Shown here: piece after piece, positions 1 to 10,541 of the stretch
Layout: the number at the start of each line of letters is the position of its first letter
How positions within the stretch are numbered: the stretch's first letter is position 1
Assembly (NCBI GenBank): GCA_031268215.1
Contig: JAIRXP010000004.1
Location: forward strand, 458-64,457
Direction: 5' to 3'
DNA length: 64,000 nt
From: Bifidobacteriaceae bacterium
GTDB taxonomy: Bacteria; Actinomycetota; Actinomycetes; Actinomycetales; WQXJ01
The notes under the pieces: model-generated
What the model was told of the DNA's origin: nothing
The model's database searches: none
What the model saw: the letters and a program-made list of their open reading frames with translations, nothing else
Translations under genes and position numbers: made by a program

Positions 1-510
1 TCGGGGAATGCTCTTGCCCAACTGGGCATAGACATACTGGGTGAATCCGGAGCAGTCGAAGCCTGAGGGGCTGGTGCCGCCGTAGCGGTACGGCGTCCCG
101 ACGTAGCGGGCGGCGACCTCTAGGATCGCGTTGCCTTCTACCGACTGGGGTATGTTCCGGCTTGCGTCCACTGTCTTGGCCGCGCCGGTCCCGCGCGAGT
201 TTTGGGCGGTTGCGACCGGCTTAGGGGGCGGCGGCTTGACCACGGTGACCGTGGTCCCTTCAAGCGACCAGGCAGCATCCTCAGAGGCCGAAGCCAGTGA
301 TTGGGCGCCGATCGCTGCACGAGCCTCAGTTGCCAGGCTGGCGGTTTCCGCCAAGGTGCCTGGCGAGGCGAACGCCGGGGCCGCACCGGCGGCCACCAGG
401 CCGCCCGCCGCTGCCACAGCGATGGACTTCTTACCAATAGATTGATCGACAAGAGCAGCGAACGGTTTGGTCTCCGCCCGGTGCTTTGCCGCATAGCGAC
501 GTGGGGCCAC
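1..510 (-). CDS. NlpC/P60 (C40) family peptidoglycan endopeptidase, truncated at window edge
   Basis: Not in the ORF track. Manual minus-strand translation from GTG at 510 (GAGGAG RBS upstream) gives MAPRRYAAKHRAET...KKSIAVAAAGGLVAAGAAPAFA (signal-like segment)...AARYVGTPYRYGGTSPSGFDCSGFTQYVYAQLGKSIPR, the classic NlpC/P60 DCSG catalytic motif. Confidence 0.93.
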   Translation of the reverse strand, partial: MAPRRYAAKHRAETKPFAALVDQSIGKKSIAVAAAGGLVAAGAAPAFASPGTLAETASLATEARAAIGAQSLASASEDAAWSLEGTTVTVVKPPPPKPVATAQNSRGTGAAKTVDASRNIPQSVEGNAILEVAARYVGTPYRYGGTSPSGFDCSGFTQYVYAQLGKSIPR

Positions 511-525
511 TTCAGTCTCCTCATT

Positions 526-692
526 ACCTACGGAGTGAGCTGTCGGGTTCGGGCTGGAGATCTTGCCCGGCCGGTGGACCGCCTTCTCATGGTCCGCTGA
601 CTTCACCCCAAGGCGGCAAGCCGCCGGATTTGGGTCCTCCGCTCCTGCCTTCTCTCAGTCGATTGCGCAACCCGGTGGCAGGACTCGGTTCC
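526..692 (-). ncRNA. c-di-AMP riboswitch (ydaO/yuaA motif)
   Basis: Minus strand reads CCGAGTCCTGCC...GGCAGGAGCGGAGGACCCA...TTGGGGTGAA...GCCGGGC...CCCGAACCCGACAGCTCACTCCGTAGG directly upstream of the RBS of a cell-wall hydrolase. This matches the actinobacterial ydaO consensus and its typical context. Confidence 0.92.
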
Positions 693-732
693 GAGTTGCG
701 GCCCAAAGAGGAGGGTTCCTCAGGCACTTTCC

Positions 733-808
733 ACACTAGCGACACTTAGGTACAAATGTCACGCCAAGATCTCAAAAACCGGTGGTGACTTTGTGAAAAT
801 TGTGTGAA
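733..808 (-). promoter_or_regulatory. Candidate sigA promoter and OmpR/MtrA-like direct repeats for the riboswitch-NlpC/P60 transcript
   Basis: Minus strand GTGACA-N18-TAGTGT (762-733). TTCAC-N6-TTCAC direct repeat (808-793) plus GTCAC (789-785) in an AT-rich patch. Confidence 0.35.
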
Positions 809-816
809 GCACCAGG

Positions 817-2202
817 TCAAAAGCGAGAAAGCGGCCGGATTTTAGCAGCGGCACACATCTGCTGTCTAGTACCAAATTTGGCGCGTTCCCGGCCGGTGGC
901 GATCCCGTTAGCCCTCTCGGCGGCATCGACCGCCAGCCAGCCCGTCCAGGTCACGACGTCAACGCTACGCGAGTGTAGCAGCCGGACCAACGAGTCAGGC
1001 TCCCGGTCCGGTGCCAGGACGAGCCCCGGCAGATCCGCGGCGATGTTGGACGCGGTCTCCAACGCGTCCGACTTGGTGGAACCGATCAAGCCGACAGGTC
1101 CCCGCTTGATCCATCCCGTGGCGTACAACCCTGGCACGGCAGCCCCCGAGGCGTCAAATACCCGCCCGGCGTGGTTCGGCACCACTCCACTGGCCTGGTC
1201 GTACGGCGCCCCTTCAACCGGCGATCCGAAATAGCCCACGGCGCGATAGACCGCGCCCACAGGGAACGTGCGTGACTCGGCCGTATCCACCACCCCGCCG
1301 GAGCCGTCTGGCGCCGTCCGGCGCAGGGTCAGGCCAGTCACGGCGGCTTCGCCTTCGACCCTCTCCGGGCGCCAGTAGAAATGCAGATGGACGCGCCGCC
1401 CTTCCGGGTCGAAATCACCGGACTCTCCTTGGACCGCCCGCCAACGCTCCATGGTCTTGACCGCCTGCCGCAAACGTCCGTTGGCCTTGATGGCGGCATG
1501 ATCAGATTCGTCGAACTCGAAGTCGCGATCATCAAGAACTACGGTGACCCCCGGCACCTCGCCCAGCTCGCGCAACTCCAACGGAGAAAACTTGACCGCC
1601 GCCGGCCCCCGCCGGCCAAAAACGTGGATGTCCCGGACCGGCGAGCCAGCGAAGGCCTCCAGCACATGCGCCGGTATGTCAGTCTGGGCCAGCTCCGCGG
1701 GGCGCCGCGCCAGCACCCGCACCACGTCCAGCGCCACATTGCCGTTACCAATCACCGCCACCGATTCAGCGTCCAGGGACCAGGTGGGCGGGTAGTCCGG
1801 GTGAGAGTCATACCAGGCCACAAAGTCAGCCGCCCCAAACGAGCCCGGCAAGTCAACCCCGGGGATGTCCATCGCGGCGTCACGCAAGGCGCCCGTCGCC
1901 AACACCACCGCGTCGTAGCGCTGCCGCAGTTCCTCCAGCGTGACATCCCGACCAACGGTGATATTGCCGAAGAAGCGGACATCACCGCGATCCAGAATCG
2001 CATGCAGCGAGTCCACGATTGACTTAATCCGGGGATGGTCCGGCGCCACCCCATAACGGATCAAGCCAAACGGGCTTGGCAGCGCCTCCAGCACGTCAAT
2101 CTGAGCCCCGGGCACTAGGCCGGTCAGGATGTCAGCGGCGTACAAGCCCGCTGGTCCGGCCCCGACAATGGCTACACGGGCTGTTTGGGGGAGTTGGGTC
2201 AC
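817..2202 (-). CDS. FAD-dependent NADPH:ferredoxin reductase (FprA/adrenodoxin reductase-like)
   Basis: GAGPAG, PFGLIRYGVAPDH, IGNGNVALDV and GWIKRGPVGLIG motifs. Confidence 0.9.
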   Translation of the reverse strand: MTQLPQTARVAIVGAGPAGLYAADILTGLVPGAQIDVLEALPSPFGLIRYGVAPDHPRIKSIVDSLHAILDRGDVRFFGNITVGRDVTLEELRQRYDAVVLATGALRDAAMDIPGVDLPGSFGAADFVAWYDSHPDYPPTWSLDAESVAVIGNGNVALDVVRVLARRPAELAQTDIPAHVLEAFAGSPVRDIHVFGRRGPAAVKFSPLELRELGEVPGVTVVLDDRDFEFDESDHAAIKANGRLRQAVKTMERWRAVQGESGDFDPEGRRVHLHFYWRPERVEGEAAVTGLTLRRTAPDGSGGVVDTAESRTFPVGAVYRAVGYFGSPVEGAPYDQASGVVPNHAGRVFDASGAAVPGLYATGWIKRGPVGLIGSTKSDALETASNIAADLPGLVLAPDREPDSLVRLLHSRSVDVVTWTGWLAVDAAERANGIATGRERAKFGTRQQMCAAAKIRPLSRF

Positions 2203-2376
2203 AACGCTGCCTTCCAGTTCTTTGGGTCCGCCGATGACGCCGTGGCAGCGCCGCGAGCCATAGTACCGGTGGTACGGCCCAGTTGGCCTACAACCAGCCC
2301 ACAGCGGAACGCGCCGCCCGGTCTCCGGGGCAGGCGGCGGCCGGGGCTGTCAGGACCAAGCGGTTAGATCAGGCAG

Positions 2377-3396
2377 TCAGGCCAGGCGGGCTATGAACAG
2401 CTCCGCTACGTCCATCAAGGCGCGTTTGGCGGTGCCCACGGGCAAAGGCTCCAAATAGGATACGGCGCGGTCCGCCCAGGTCCGGGCGATCTGCCGAGCC
2501 TGATCTAAGGCCGGATTTGCCCGCAGCGATTCGACCACCTCAGCCAGCACCACGTCACTGGTCAAGTCACCGGCGATGGCCGCGGCCAAAGCGATGTCCG
2601 GGCTATCCACCAGGCCTTCCGCCCGGTCGCGCCGAGCAGCGGCCTGAACCAGCAGCGACGGCATGGTCGGTACGCCCTCACGCAAATCTGTCCCTGGTGT
2701 CTTCCCGGTGACTTCCGCTGGCGACGTCAGGTCAATGATGTCATCGGCTAGCTGGAAGGCTACGCCCACGGCCTCGCCAAAGCCGACCACCGCATCAACC
2801 GCCGTGGTCGGCGCCTCGGCCAGTAAGGCACCGAAGCGCGCCGAAGTGGAGATCAGCGCGCCCGTCTTGTCCGCCAGGACCTGAATATGGAAGGCCACCG
2901 GGTCATCCTCCGGCGAAGGGCCAACCGTCTCATGAAGCTGCCCCATGCACAGCCGCTCAAAGGTTTCAGCCTGGATCCGCACCATATCCGGCCCCAGGCC
3001 GGAGACGATCTGCGACGCCTTAGCGAACAGCAGGTCACCAGTCAGGATCGCTACCGACGGCCCAAAGACCTCATGAGCCGAGGGCGCACCACGCCGCAAC
3101 GGAGCATCATCCATTACATCGTCGTGGTAAAGCGAGGCCAGGTGGGTCAACTCGACCGCGACGGCGCCATCGACCACCTCTGGGCTGATTCCTCGCCCCA
3201 AGTGGGCGGACAACAGCACCAGCAGCGGCCGCAAACGCTTACCGCCAGAGCGCAGCAGATGGGCCGAAGCATCGCCAATCATCCGGTCAGGCGAGTGGAC
3301 CACCGCCGCCATGCGGGCCTCAACCGCTTCTAAGCCTTCGCTGACAGCGGCATCCAGCACTGGATCGCCAAGGGGAATGGTCGAGCGGTAAGCCAT
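2377..3396 (-). CDS. Polyprenyl diphosphate synthase (HepT/GrcC1-like, menaquinone side chain)
   Basis: GGKRLRP, LYHDDVMD (FARM), FQLADDIID (SARM) and GKTPGTDLREG motifs. Confidence 0.93.
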   Translation of the reverse strand: MAYRSTIPLGDPVLDAAVSEGLEAVEARMAAVVHSPDRMIGDASAHLLRSGGKRLRPLLVLLSAHLGRGISPEVVDGAVAVELTHLASLYHDDVMDDAPLRRGAPSAHEVFGPSVAILTGDLLFAKASQIVSGLGPDMVRIQAETFERLCMGQLHETVGPSPEDDPVAFHIQVLADKTGALISTSARFGALLAEAPTTAVDAVVGFGEAVGVAFQLADDIIDLTSPAEVTGKTPGTDLREGVPTMPSLLVQAAARRDRAEGLVDSPDIALAAAIAGDLTSDVVLAEVVESLRANPALDQARQIARTWADRAVSYLEPLPVGTAKRALMDVAELFIARLA

Positions 3397-3436
3397 GGGG
3401 ACCTTTCTTCTGGCGGTGGTTGTTCAGACACCGCCT

Positions 3437-5161
3437 CTACGAGAGCAAACGGCTGAGGCCTTCAGTAAAGCTCAGGAACCAGCCGGGCACAATGCCCAGC
3501 ACAAGCGTAAAGGCTAACGACACCCCGATGGCAATTTGCGTCAGACCAAGAGTCCTGACACCGATTCCAATCCCCCCGGATTCAGCCAACTGGCCGGTCG
3601 CGTCAGGCGCTTCCTCGAAGAACATCGCCACGATCACGCGAGCGTAGAAGAAGGCCGCCGCCGCCGAGCAAGCCAGACCCACAACCGCCAGGGGCGACGC
3701 GCCGGAAGCGAAGGCCGCCCCAAAGACGGCGAACTTGGCCACGAACCCGGATGTCAACGGAATGCCGGCGAAGGACAGCAAGAAGATGGCGAAGGTACCG
3801 GCCAACACCGGGGACCGTTTGCCCAGACCGCGCCACTGGTCCAGGCCAGTCGCTTCGCCACGCAAGTGCCCGTCCGAATCCACTTCCCGCACCAGCGCGA
3901 TCACGCCGAAGCCGCCAATCGTGGCTACACCATAGGTGAACAAGTAGAACAGCGAACCGGACAGCCCGTCGGCACTCATCGACGTCACGCCAGTCAGGAT
4001 GAACCCGGCATGAGCGATCGCCGAATAGGCCAGCATCCTCTTGACGTCCTTTTGAACCAGGCCAATCACCGTGCCAACCACCATGGTCAAAACTGAGACG
4101 GTCCACAGGACCGGCTCCAGGTCCCAGGTCAGCCCCGGCACTACGGCGTACAGAACCCGCAGCAGGACACCAAACGCAGCGATCTTGGTACAGGCGGCCA
4201 TGAACCCGGTGATAGGCGTTGGAGAACCCTGGTAGACGTCCGGCGTCCAAGAATGGAACGGCACCGCGCCAACTTTGAAGAACAGCCCAACCAAAATCAG
4301 CACCAAACCCACCAGCAGGATCGGGTCAAGCGGCGTGGCCCCGGACACGGCAGCGCCAATTTCCAGCAGCTTCAGCGACCCGGTCGCGCCATAAACCCAG
4401 GCACCACCAAACAAGAAGAACGCCGAGCCGAAGGCTCCCAGCAGAAAGTACTTCAGCGAAGCTTCCTGCGACAGCAGCCGCCGGTGCCGCGCCATACCGG
4501 CCAGTAGGTACAGAGGCAAGGAGAGGACCTCCAGAGCCACGAACATGGTGATCAGATCGCCAGCGGCGGGGAAGAGCATCATGCCACCTGTGGCGAACAA
4601 CACCAGCGGGTAGACATCGGTCTGAGTCATGCCGCGCCGGCGGGCCTTGTTCTCATAGTCCGAACCAGGCACGGCCGAGGCCTGAGGCGCGAAGGCGTCA
4701 TCACCCTGCACCGTCCGGTCGGCTATGACAAACAGTCCCAACAAGGCACAAACCGCCACCGCTAGCTGTATGTAGATCGTCAACGGGTCAACGATGACAG
4801 CACCGTTGGCCGTCAGCACCGCGGAACCGTCTTCCCCGTGTACCTTCACCGCTAGCTGCAGCGCCATCAAAGCCGCCGCCGCCACGGACACCAGCGCCAC
4901 GGCAGCCTGGATGACCCGCAAATAAGCTGGTTGCACCGCCAGGCGCTGGTCCTTATCCTTCTGCCGGGAGGCCGCGGCCTCAATCAAGGTCGAGGCGACC
5001 GCCGCACCCAAAACCATCACGACTGGGCCTAGCGCCGACCAATCAATATCAATCTCTGGCGCGCCGGCGGGAACCACCGGCACCACCGGGTCGACCAAGC
5101 CGCGTGGATGAGTAGCCAGGCCGGTCAGAGCCGTCAAAGCGGGCAGGAACACGGCGCTCAT
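3437..5161 (-). CDS. nuoN: NADH-quinone oxidoreductase subunit N
   Basis: Antiporter-like subunit with EASLKYFLLG and FKVGAVPFHSWTPDVYQG motifs; last gene of the operon. Confidence 0.96.
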   Translation of the reverse strand: MSAVFLPALTALTGLATHPRGLVDPVVPVVPAGAPEIDIDWSALGPVVMVLGAAVASTLIEAAASRQKDKDQRLAVQPAYLRVIQAAVALVSVAAAALMALQLAVKVHGEDGSAVLTANGAVIVDPLTIYIQLAVAVCALLGLFVIADRTVQGDDAFAPQASAVPGSDYENKARRRGMTQTDVYPLVLFATGGMMLFPAAGDLITMFVALEVLSLPLYLLAGMARHRRLLSQEASLKYFLLGAFGSAFFLFGGAWVYGATGSLKLLEIGAAVSGATPLDPILLVGLVLILVGLFFKVGAVPFHSWTPDVYQGSPTPITGFMAACTKIAAFGVLLRVLYAVVPGLTWDLEPVLWTVSVLTMVVGTVIGLVQKDVKRMLAYSAIAHAGFILTGVTSMSADGLSGSLFYLFTYGVATIGGFGVIALVREVDSDGHLRGEATGLDQWRGLGKRSPVLAGTFAIFLLSFAGIPLTSGFVAKFAVFGAAFASGASPLAVVGLACSAAAAFFYARVIVAMFFEEAPDATGQLAESGGIGIGVRTLGLTQIAIGVSLAFTLVLGIVPGWFLSFTEGLSRLLS

Positions 5162-6735
5162 CGCTGGCCTCCTTCCTCTTCGGCACCGGCTAAGGCCGCG
5201 CCGGGCGCCGCCGGGGCGCCCTCGACCGCCTCAGCCGCAGGTTCGTCGTATTCGGCCAGCCGCACCGTCTCAGCCGCCGGGCCCCGCAGCACGTCAATGG
5301 CTGGCTTCGGGTACAAACCCAGAACCAGCATCAACGCGATCAACGGGCCCACCACCCACAGCTCGCGCCCGCCCAAGTCCGCGGTACCGGCCAGGTCTTC
5401 ACGCGGTGGCCCGGTGAAGATCTTCTGGTAGGCGATCAAGATGTACAAAGCGGCCATGATCACACCCAGGGCGGAGATGACCGCCGCGGCCGGAGCCCGC
5501 TGATAGGTCCCAACCATGACCATGAATTCGGACACAAATGTGGACAGACCTGGCAACGCCACCGCCGACAAACCAACGATCAAGAACGTGCCGCCCAGTA
5601 AGGGCGTGGTGCGCTGGAGCCCAGGCCCCATCAACGCCATATCCTGGGTACCGCGCCGCGAGATCAAGAACCCAGCCAGCAGGAACAGCGCCCCCGTCGA
5701 CAGGCCGTGGTTGACCATATAGAAGGCGGAGCCGATCTCGGCAGTTTCGGTGAAGGCGAAGACGCCCAGAACAATGAACCCGAAGTGGGAAACTGAGGTA
5801 TAGGCGATCATCCGGAGGATGTCGCTTTGCCCCAGGGCCAGGAACGCCCCCCAGAAGATGGAAATCACCGCCAGAACAATCACCACCGGGGCCGCCCAGC
5901 GGGAAGCCGCCGGGAAGATCGGCAAGCACATTGTCACCATGCCGAACGTGCCAACCTTGTCCAGAACACCCACCAGCAAAACGGAAGTTCCAGGCTTAGC
6001 CGCTTGGGCGGCATCGGGCAACCACGTGTGGACCGGGAACATGGGCGCCTTGATGGCGAACGCCACGAAGAAGGCCAGGAAAATCAGGCGTTCCGAACGG
6101 ACCGAACCCCAATCCGCGCCAACCAGCGAATCGATCATGAAGCCCTGCTCGCCACCCGGCCCTCGCGTCCACACAGCGATCACGCCCGCCAACATGATCA
6201 AGCCACCGGCCAGCGAATAAAGCAAGAACTTCAGGGCCGCCTTCTTGGCGCTGGGCCCGCCGAATGACCCAATCAGGAAGTAAACCGGGATCAACATGGC
6301 CTCGAACAGGATGTAAAAAAAGAACACGTCACGGGCGGCGAAGACCGCGATCATAAACGTTTCCAGCACTAGCACCAGCGCGGCATAGTGGGCTTGCTTG
6401 GCCGGCGAGGACTGTTCGCGCCAAGCGGCCAGCAACACCACCGGCACCAGCAGCACCGACAACAGGACCAGCACCAGGCCTATCCCGTTCACTCCCACGG
6501 CGTAAGAAACGCCGAAGGAAGGTATCCACTCGTAACGCTCCGCGAACTGGACGCCGCCGCCGGAATTGAATCCGGTCGCCATGATGACGGCCCCGGCCGC
6601 TACCAGCAGCGACCAGACGAACGCGATGTGTCGGGCATAGCGCCGCACCGGGCCGCCAACCAGCCACACGATCAGGGCGCCAACGCTGGGCGCGGCGATC
6701 AACACCGTGAGCCAGGGGAAACTCTGCATGGTCAT
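5158..6735 (-). CDS. nuoM: NADH-quinone oxidoreductase subunit M
   Basis: AFAIKAPMFPVHTWLPDA and IAYTSVSHFG motifs; operon position. Confidence 0.96.
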   Translation of the reverse strand: MTMQSFPWLTVLIAAPSVGALIVWLVGGPVRRYARHIAFVWSLLVAAGAVIMATGFNSGGGVQFAERYEWIPSFGVSYAVGVNGIGLVLVLLSVLLVPVVLLAAWREQSSPAKQAHYAALVLVLETFMIAVFAARDVFFFYILFEAMLIPVYFLIGSFGGPSAKKAALKFLLYSLAGGLIMLAGVIAVWTRGPGGEQGFMIDSLVGADWGSVRSERLIFLAFFVAFAIKAPMFPVHTWLPDAAQAAKPGTSVLLVGVLDKVGTFGMVTMCLPIFPAASRWAAPVVIVLAVISIFWGAFLALGQSDILRMIAYTSVSHFGFIVLGVFAFTETAEIGSAFYMVNHGLSTGALFLLAGFLISRRGTQDMALMGPGLQRTTPLLGGTFLIVGLSAVALPGLSTFVSEFMVMVGTYQRAPAAAVISALGVIMAALYILIAYQKIFTGPPREDLAGTADLGGRELWVVGPLIALMLVLGLYPKPAIDVLRGPAAETVRLAEYDEPAAEAVEGAPAAPGAALAGAEEEGGQR

Positions 6736-6748
6736 TCCTCTTTACTCC

Positions 6749-8686
6749 TCACATCCGGCCGGCTAGGACAATTGCCGCCAGGAGGATCACGCCCGCCAGC
6801 ATGGTCGCGGCGTACGAACGCGCGTACCCGTTCTGGATTCGAGACACCAAACTCCCCATCCCTTGGAAGACCCAGGCGAGCCCACGTACCGCTCCGTCAA
6901 CGACGTCATCGTCCGTCTTGGTGGCGCCCCTAACCAGTGCCTGACCGGGCTTGACTAGCAAGGCGTCGTTGATGGCGTCCTGATACAAGTCCTCCCGGGC
7001 CGCGCGGACCAAGCCGTCCGCCGCCGGCGGAAGCGTTGGCACCACCGCCTTGGCAGACCCGAACTTCGACCAAGCGATCCAGGCGCCAATCACCACCAGC
7101 GCCAGTGTGGCGCCCATGATCACATAGGCGTTCATCACTGGTTCGCCGTGGTGACCCTCGACTAAGGCCGGAGCCAGATACTCATCGAACTTGACGACAG
7201 TCAGAATCAGGCCCAAGAAAACCGAGCCCAGCGACAAGATGATCATTGGCACAGTCATCAGTCCAGGGCTCTCGTGGGGATGCTGCTCATCAGTCCAGCG
7301 GGCCTTGCCCTGGAAGACCATAAAGAACAGCCGCGACATATAGAAAGCCGTAATACCAGCGCCGAACATGGCCACTAGACCAAAGACCCAGCCTTGCCAG
7401 ACCTGCCCCTCCGGCGCGACGAAAGCCTGCTCAATGATCTTGTCCTTGGAGAAGAAGCCCGCGAACGGCGGAATGCCAAGAATCGCCAGCCAGCCCATCA
7501 TGAAGGTCAGCCACGTTACCTTCATGGCTTTGTTCAAGGCGCCGAAGCGGCGCATGTCCACCTGGTCCTTCATGGCGTGCATAACCGACCCGGCGCCAAG
7601 AAACATCCCGGCCTTGAAGAACCCGTGAGTGACCAGGTGCATGATGGCGAAGATCCCGCCAACCGGCCCCAGGCCGGCCGCCAACATCATGTAACCAATC
7701 TGCGACATGGTCGAAGCCGCCAGCGCCTTCTTCATATCGTCCTTGGCGCAGCCCACAATGGCCCCGTAAAGCAATGTGATGGCGCCAATCGTCACGACCG
7801 CCAGCCGGGCGGCTGGAGTGTGTTCGAAGATGGGACCGGACCGGACCACCAAATAGACCCCAGCCGTGACCATGGTGGCGGCGTGGATCAACGCCGACAC
7901 CGGCGTTGGGCCGGCCATAGCGTCACCGAGCCAGGATTGGAGCGGGAACTGAGCCGACTTGCCGCAAGCCGCCAACAACAGAGCCAGACCAATCAGCGTC
8001 AAAGTGGCGCCGGAGGCGTGCTCAGCAGCTTCGAACACACCCGCGAAAGACAGCGCATGGAATTGCGAGAACATGATCATCATGGCCACGATCATGCCGA
8101 CGTCACCCACGCGGTTGGCGACAAACGCTTTCTTGGCCGCCACCGCGTATTCGAGCCGGTGGTTCCAGAAGCCAATCAGCAGGTAGGACGCCAGGCCAAC
8201 GCCTTCCCAGCCGACGAACAACACGACATAGGAATCTGCCAGGACCAGCAGCAACATGGCCGCTACGAACAAGTTCAGGTATGCGAAGAAGCGGCGCCGG
8301 TCGCGGTCATGTTCCATGTAGGCGATTGAGTAGATGTGGATCAAGGTGCCAACGAAGGTCACCAACATCACGAATGTTAGCGATAGCTGGTCGACCCGGA
8401 TGCCCATGTTGAGGTCGAACGTGCCGCCCGGGATCCACTTGAACAAGGTCACGTCTTGGACCCGTTCAGCTACAGGGCGGGACAGCAGGTCCACGAAGGC
8501 CCAGGCACCAACCACGAAGGACGCCGCCGATGCCGTCACCCCCAGTAGGTGCCCCCACTTGTCCGCCGCACGTCCCACTAGGAGCAGCAGGCCCGCGCTG
8601 GCCAGCGGTATGGCGATTACGAGCCAGCTCATTTGGGCGGCCTGGGAGGCTGCGACCTCGGCCGCCAGAACGACATTGTTGATCAT
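6749..8686 (-). CDS. nuoL: NADH-quinone oxidoreductase subunit L
   Basis: GKSAQFPLQSWLGDAMAGPTPVSALIHAATMV motif. Confidence 0.97.
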   Translation of the reverse strand: MINNVVLAAEVAASQAAQMSWLVIAIPLASAGLLLLVGRAADKWGHLLGVTASAASFVVGAWAFVDLLSRPVAERVQDVTLFKWIPGGTFDLNMGIRVDQLSLTFVMLVTFVGTLIHIYSIAYMEHDRDRRRFFAYLNLFVAAMLLLVLADSYVVLFVGWEGVGLASYLLIGFWNHRLEYAVAAKKAFVANRVGDVGMIVAMMIMFSQFHALSFAGVFEAAEHASGATLTLIGLALLLAACGKSAQFPLQSWLGDAMAGPTPVSALIHAATMVTAGVYLVVRSGPIFEHTPAARLAVVTIGAITLLYGAIVGCAKDDMKKALAASTMSQIGYMMLAAGLGPVGGIFAIMHLVTHGFFKAGMFLGAGSVMHAMKDQVDMRRFGALNKAMKVTWLTFMMGWLAILGIPPFAGFFSKDKIIEQAFVAPEGQVWQGWVFGLVAMFGAGITAFYMSRLFFMVFQGKARWTDEQHPHESPGLMTVPMIILSLGSVFLGLILTVVKFDEYLAPALVEGHHGEPVMNAYVIMGATLALVVIGAWIAWSKFGSAKAVVPTLPPAADGLVRAAREDLYQDAINDALLVKPGQALVRGATKTDDDVVDGAVRGLAWVFQGMGSLVSRIQNGYARSYAATMLAGVILLAAIVLAGRM

Positions 8687-8689
8687 TGG

Positions 8690-8989
8690 TCAGTGCCTCA
8701 GCAGATTCTCGTCGTCGACGCTGACTGTGCGCCGGGTGCGGAACAGGGACACGATGATGGCCAAGCCGACCACCACCTCAGCAGCGGCTACCACCATGAC
8801 GAAGAAGGCGGCCAGCTGGCCGTCCACATTGCCCCACATCCGCGCGAACGCCAGGAAAGCTAGGTTGGCGGCGTTCAGCATCAACTCGACGCCCATGAAG
8901 ACGATGATCGAGTTGCGGCGGACCATAACTGTGACGGTGCCGATTGTGAACAGCACGGACGCCAGAATTAGATAAGCCGAGACGGTCAT
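8690..8989 (-). CDS. nuoK: NADH-quinone oxidoreductase subunit K
   Basis: 99 aa; [12 protein letters not shown] and [12 protein letters not shown] motifs. Confidence 0.96.
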   Translation of the reverse strand: MTVSAYLILASVLFTIGTVTVMVRRNSIIVFMGVELMLNAANLAFLAFARMWGNVDGQLAAFFVMVVAAAEVVVGLAIIVSLFRTRRTVSVDDENLLRH

Positions 8990-9879
8990 GGCTTCACCTC
9001 CGGCCCAGCCGTATCGCCTGGCTCAGGTGGCCCGCCTGTGTCTCGCGGCCCGGCGGAGTCCGAGGAACCAGCGGTCCCGGCCTCAATGGCCGGCGCCGCC
9101 GCGTCTGGGCGCCGAGTTGGCGGAACCTTGTCTTCCAGCAAGTCCTGAGGCAATCCGCGCAGATTGTGAACCTGGCCGCGCATTCTCAGTGCGCTTGGCA
9201 CCGAATCCTCAATGATCTTGCCTCGCGCGTCGATGGCGGGAACGTCAGCCGCATTGTGGCGGGCATAGTTGCCTGGGGCCGGCGGCGGCGTCAAGCGCAT
9301 GCCGCGCTTGGTCCGGATCTCCATCATCTCTCCCTGAGTGATTGGCCTGGTCAGCCGCACCCGGTGGGTCAAGATGACCGCACCCATCGCAGCGATGATA
9401 AGCAAGCAGCCGGTGATCTCCAAAGTGAAAGCGAAGTCTGAAAACAGCAGATGGGCCACGGCGCCAGCGTTGTTGCCATTAGAAGCGGCGTCAGTGCCAA
9501 TCGCGAACGTGAAAGTGGACCGGAAGACCGCACCGCTCAGCACCACCAGCAGGCCTAGGCCCAGCAGCACCCCCGCCCAGCGCTGGCCCCGGATGGTCTC
9601 AATGAACGAATCGGAGACATCCACGCCCACCAACATCAGCACAAAGACAAACAGCATCATGATGGCGCCGGTGTAAACCACGACCTGGACAATTCCCAAG
9701 AATGGCGAACCGAGCCCCACGTAGAGGAAAGCCAGGCCGACCATTGTGACCATCACCGAGCAGGCGGTCAGGACCGCGCGTTTGGAGAACAGCAAGGCTG
9801 AGGCTCCCAGCACAATGATTGGCCCAATGATCCAGAACAGGAACTGCTCCGCCGTGGTCATCATCAATCCGTTGTTCAT
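8986..9879 (-). CDS. nuoJ: NADH-quinone oxidoreductase subunit J
   Basis: [13 protein letters not shown] motif; actinobacterial C-terminal extension. Confidence 0.95.
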   Translation of the reverse strand: MNNGLMMTTAEQFLFWIIGPIIVLGASALLFSKRAVLTACSVMVTMVGLAFLYVGLGSPFLGIVQVVVYTGAIMMLFVFVLMLVGVDVSDSFIETIRGQRWAGVLLGLGLLVVLSGAVFRSTFTFAIGTDAASNGNNAGAVAHLLFSDFAFTLEITGCLLIIAAMGAVILTHRVRLTRPITQGEMMEIRTKRGMRLTPPPAPGNYARHNAADVPAIDARGKIIEDSVPSALRMRGQVHNLRGLPQDLLEDKVPPTRRPDAAAPAIEAGTAGSSDSAGPRDTGGPPEPGDTAGPEVKP

Positions 9880-10541
9880 GACTGGCCCCCTTGCCCGGCT
9901 GCCCCGCTGGCGACGGCCTCACCGGCCACGTCCCCCGGGCGGTGGAGCCTGACCCATTCGGCCTGGCGATCAGTTGGCCCAGTCACCTTGCCGGAGTAGT
10001 AGTCATCATCGGTCAGACCCTCAACCATTGGATGCGGCGCGGGCAGCATGCCCTCTTCCAGGGGGGCCAACAGCTCGTCCTTAGTGAAGATCATGTCCTC
10101 GCGGGTGGCGGAGGCGAGTTCGTAGAAGTTCGTCATGGTCAGCGCCCGGGTTGGACAGGCCTCAATACACATGCCACAGAAGATGCAGCGCAAGTAGTTG
10201 ATCTGGTAGACGCGACCGTAGCGCTCGCCCGCCGAATACTGTTCGTCCGGGGTGTTGGCACCGGCCTCAACAAAGATCGCGTCCGCCGGGCAGGCCCAGG
10301 CACACAGTTCGCAGCCAACACACTTTTCCAGCCCATCTGGATAGCGGTTGAGCTGATGGCGGCCGTGGTAACGGGGGAACGGCGCGGGGTACTTGCCCTT
10401 GAAGGGATACTGCTCCGTGACCGGCTTAGCGAAGAAGGTGCGCAGAGTCACCCCAAACCCGGCCCAGGGCGCTACGCCCCGACCCAAGAAGCCCTTCTCC
10501 TTGCGATCCGGCGTCAGCGCCGTGTTGTCTTTCGGGCTCAT
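9876..10541 (-). CDS. nuoI: NADH-quinone oxidoreductase subunit I
   Basis: Two 4Fe-4S motifs: [12 protein letters not shown] and [12 protein letters not shown]. Confidence 0.97.
   Translation of the reverse strand: MSPKDNTALTPDRKEKGFLGRGVAPWAGFGVTLRTFFAKPVTEQYPFKGKYPAPFPRYHGRHQLNRYPDGLEKCVGCELCAWACPADAIFVEAGANTPDEQYSAGERYGRVYQINYLRCIFCGMCIEACPTRALTMTNFYELASATREDMIFTKDELLAPLEEGMLPAPHPMVEGLTDDDYYSGKVTGPTDRQAEWVRLHRPGDVAGEAVASGAAGQGGQS

Noticed and set aside
131-749. Short ORFs 131-445, 138-524, 301-600, 486-749
   Set aside because: They are shadows of the NlpC/P60 gene (a different minus frame) and of the riboswitch; no protein motifs.
6314-6321. Poly-A tract in nuoM as a phase-variation site
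   Set aside because: Short, in frame, and explained by Phe-Phe-Phe-Tyr codons in a TM helix.
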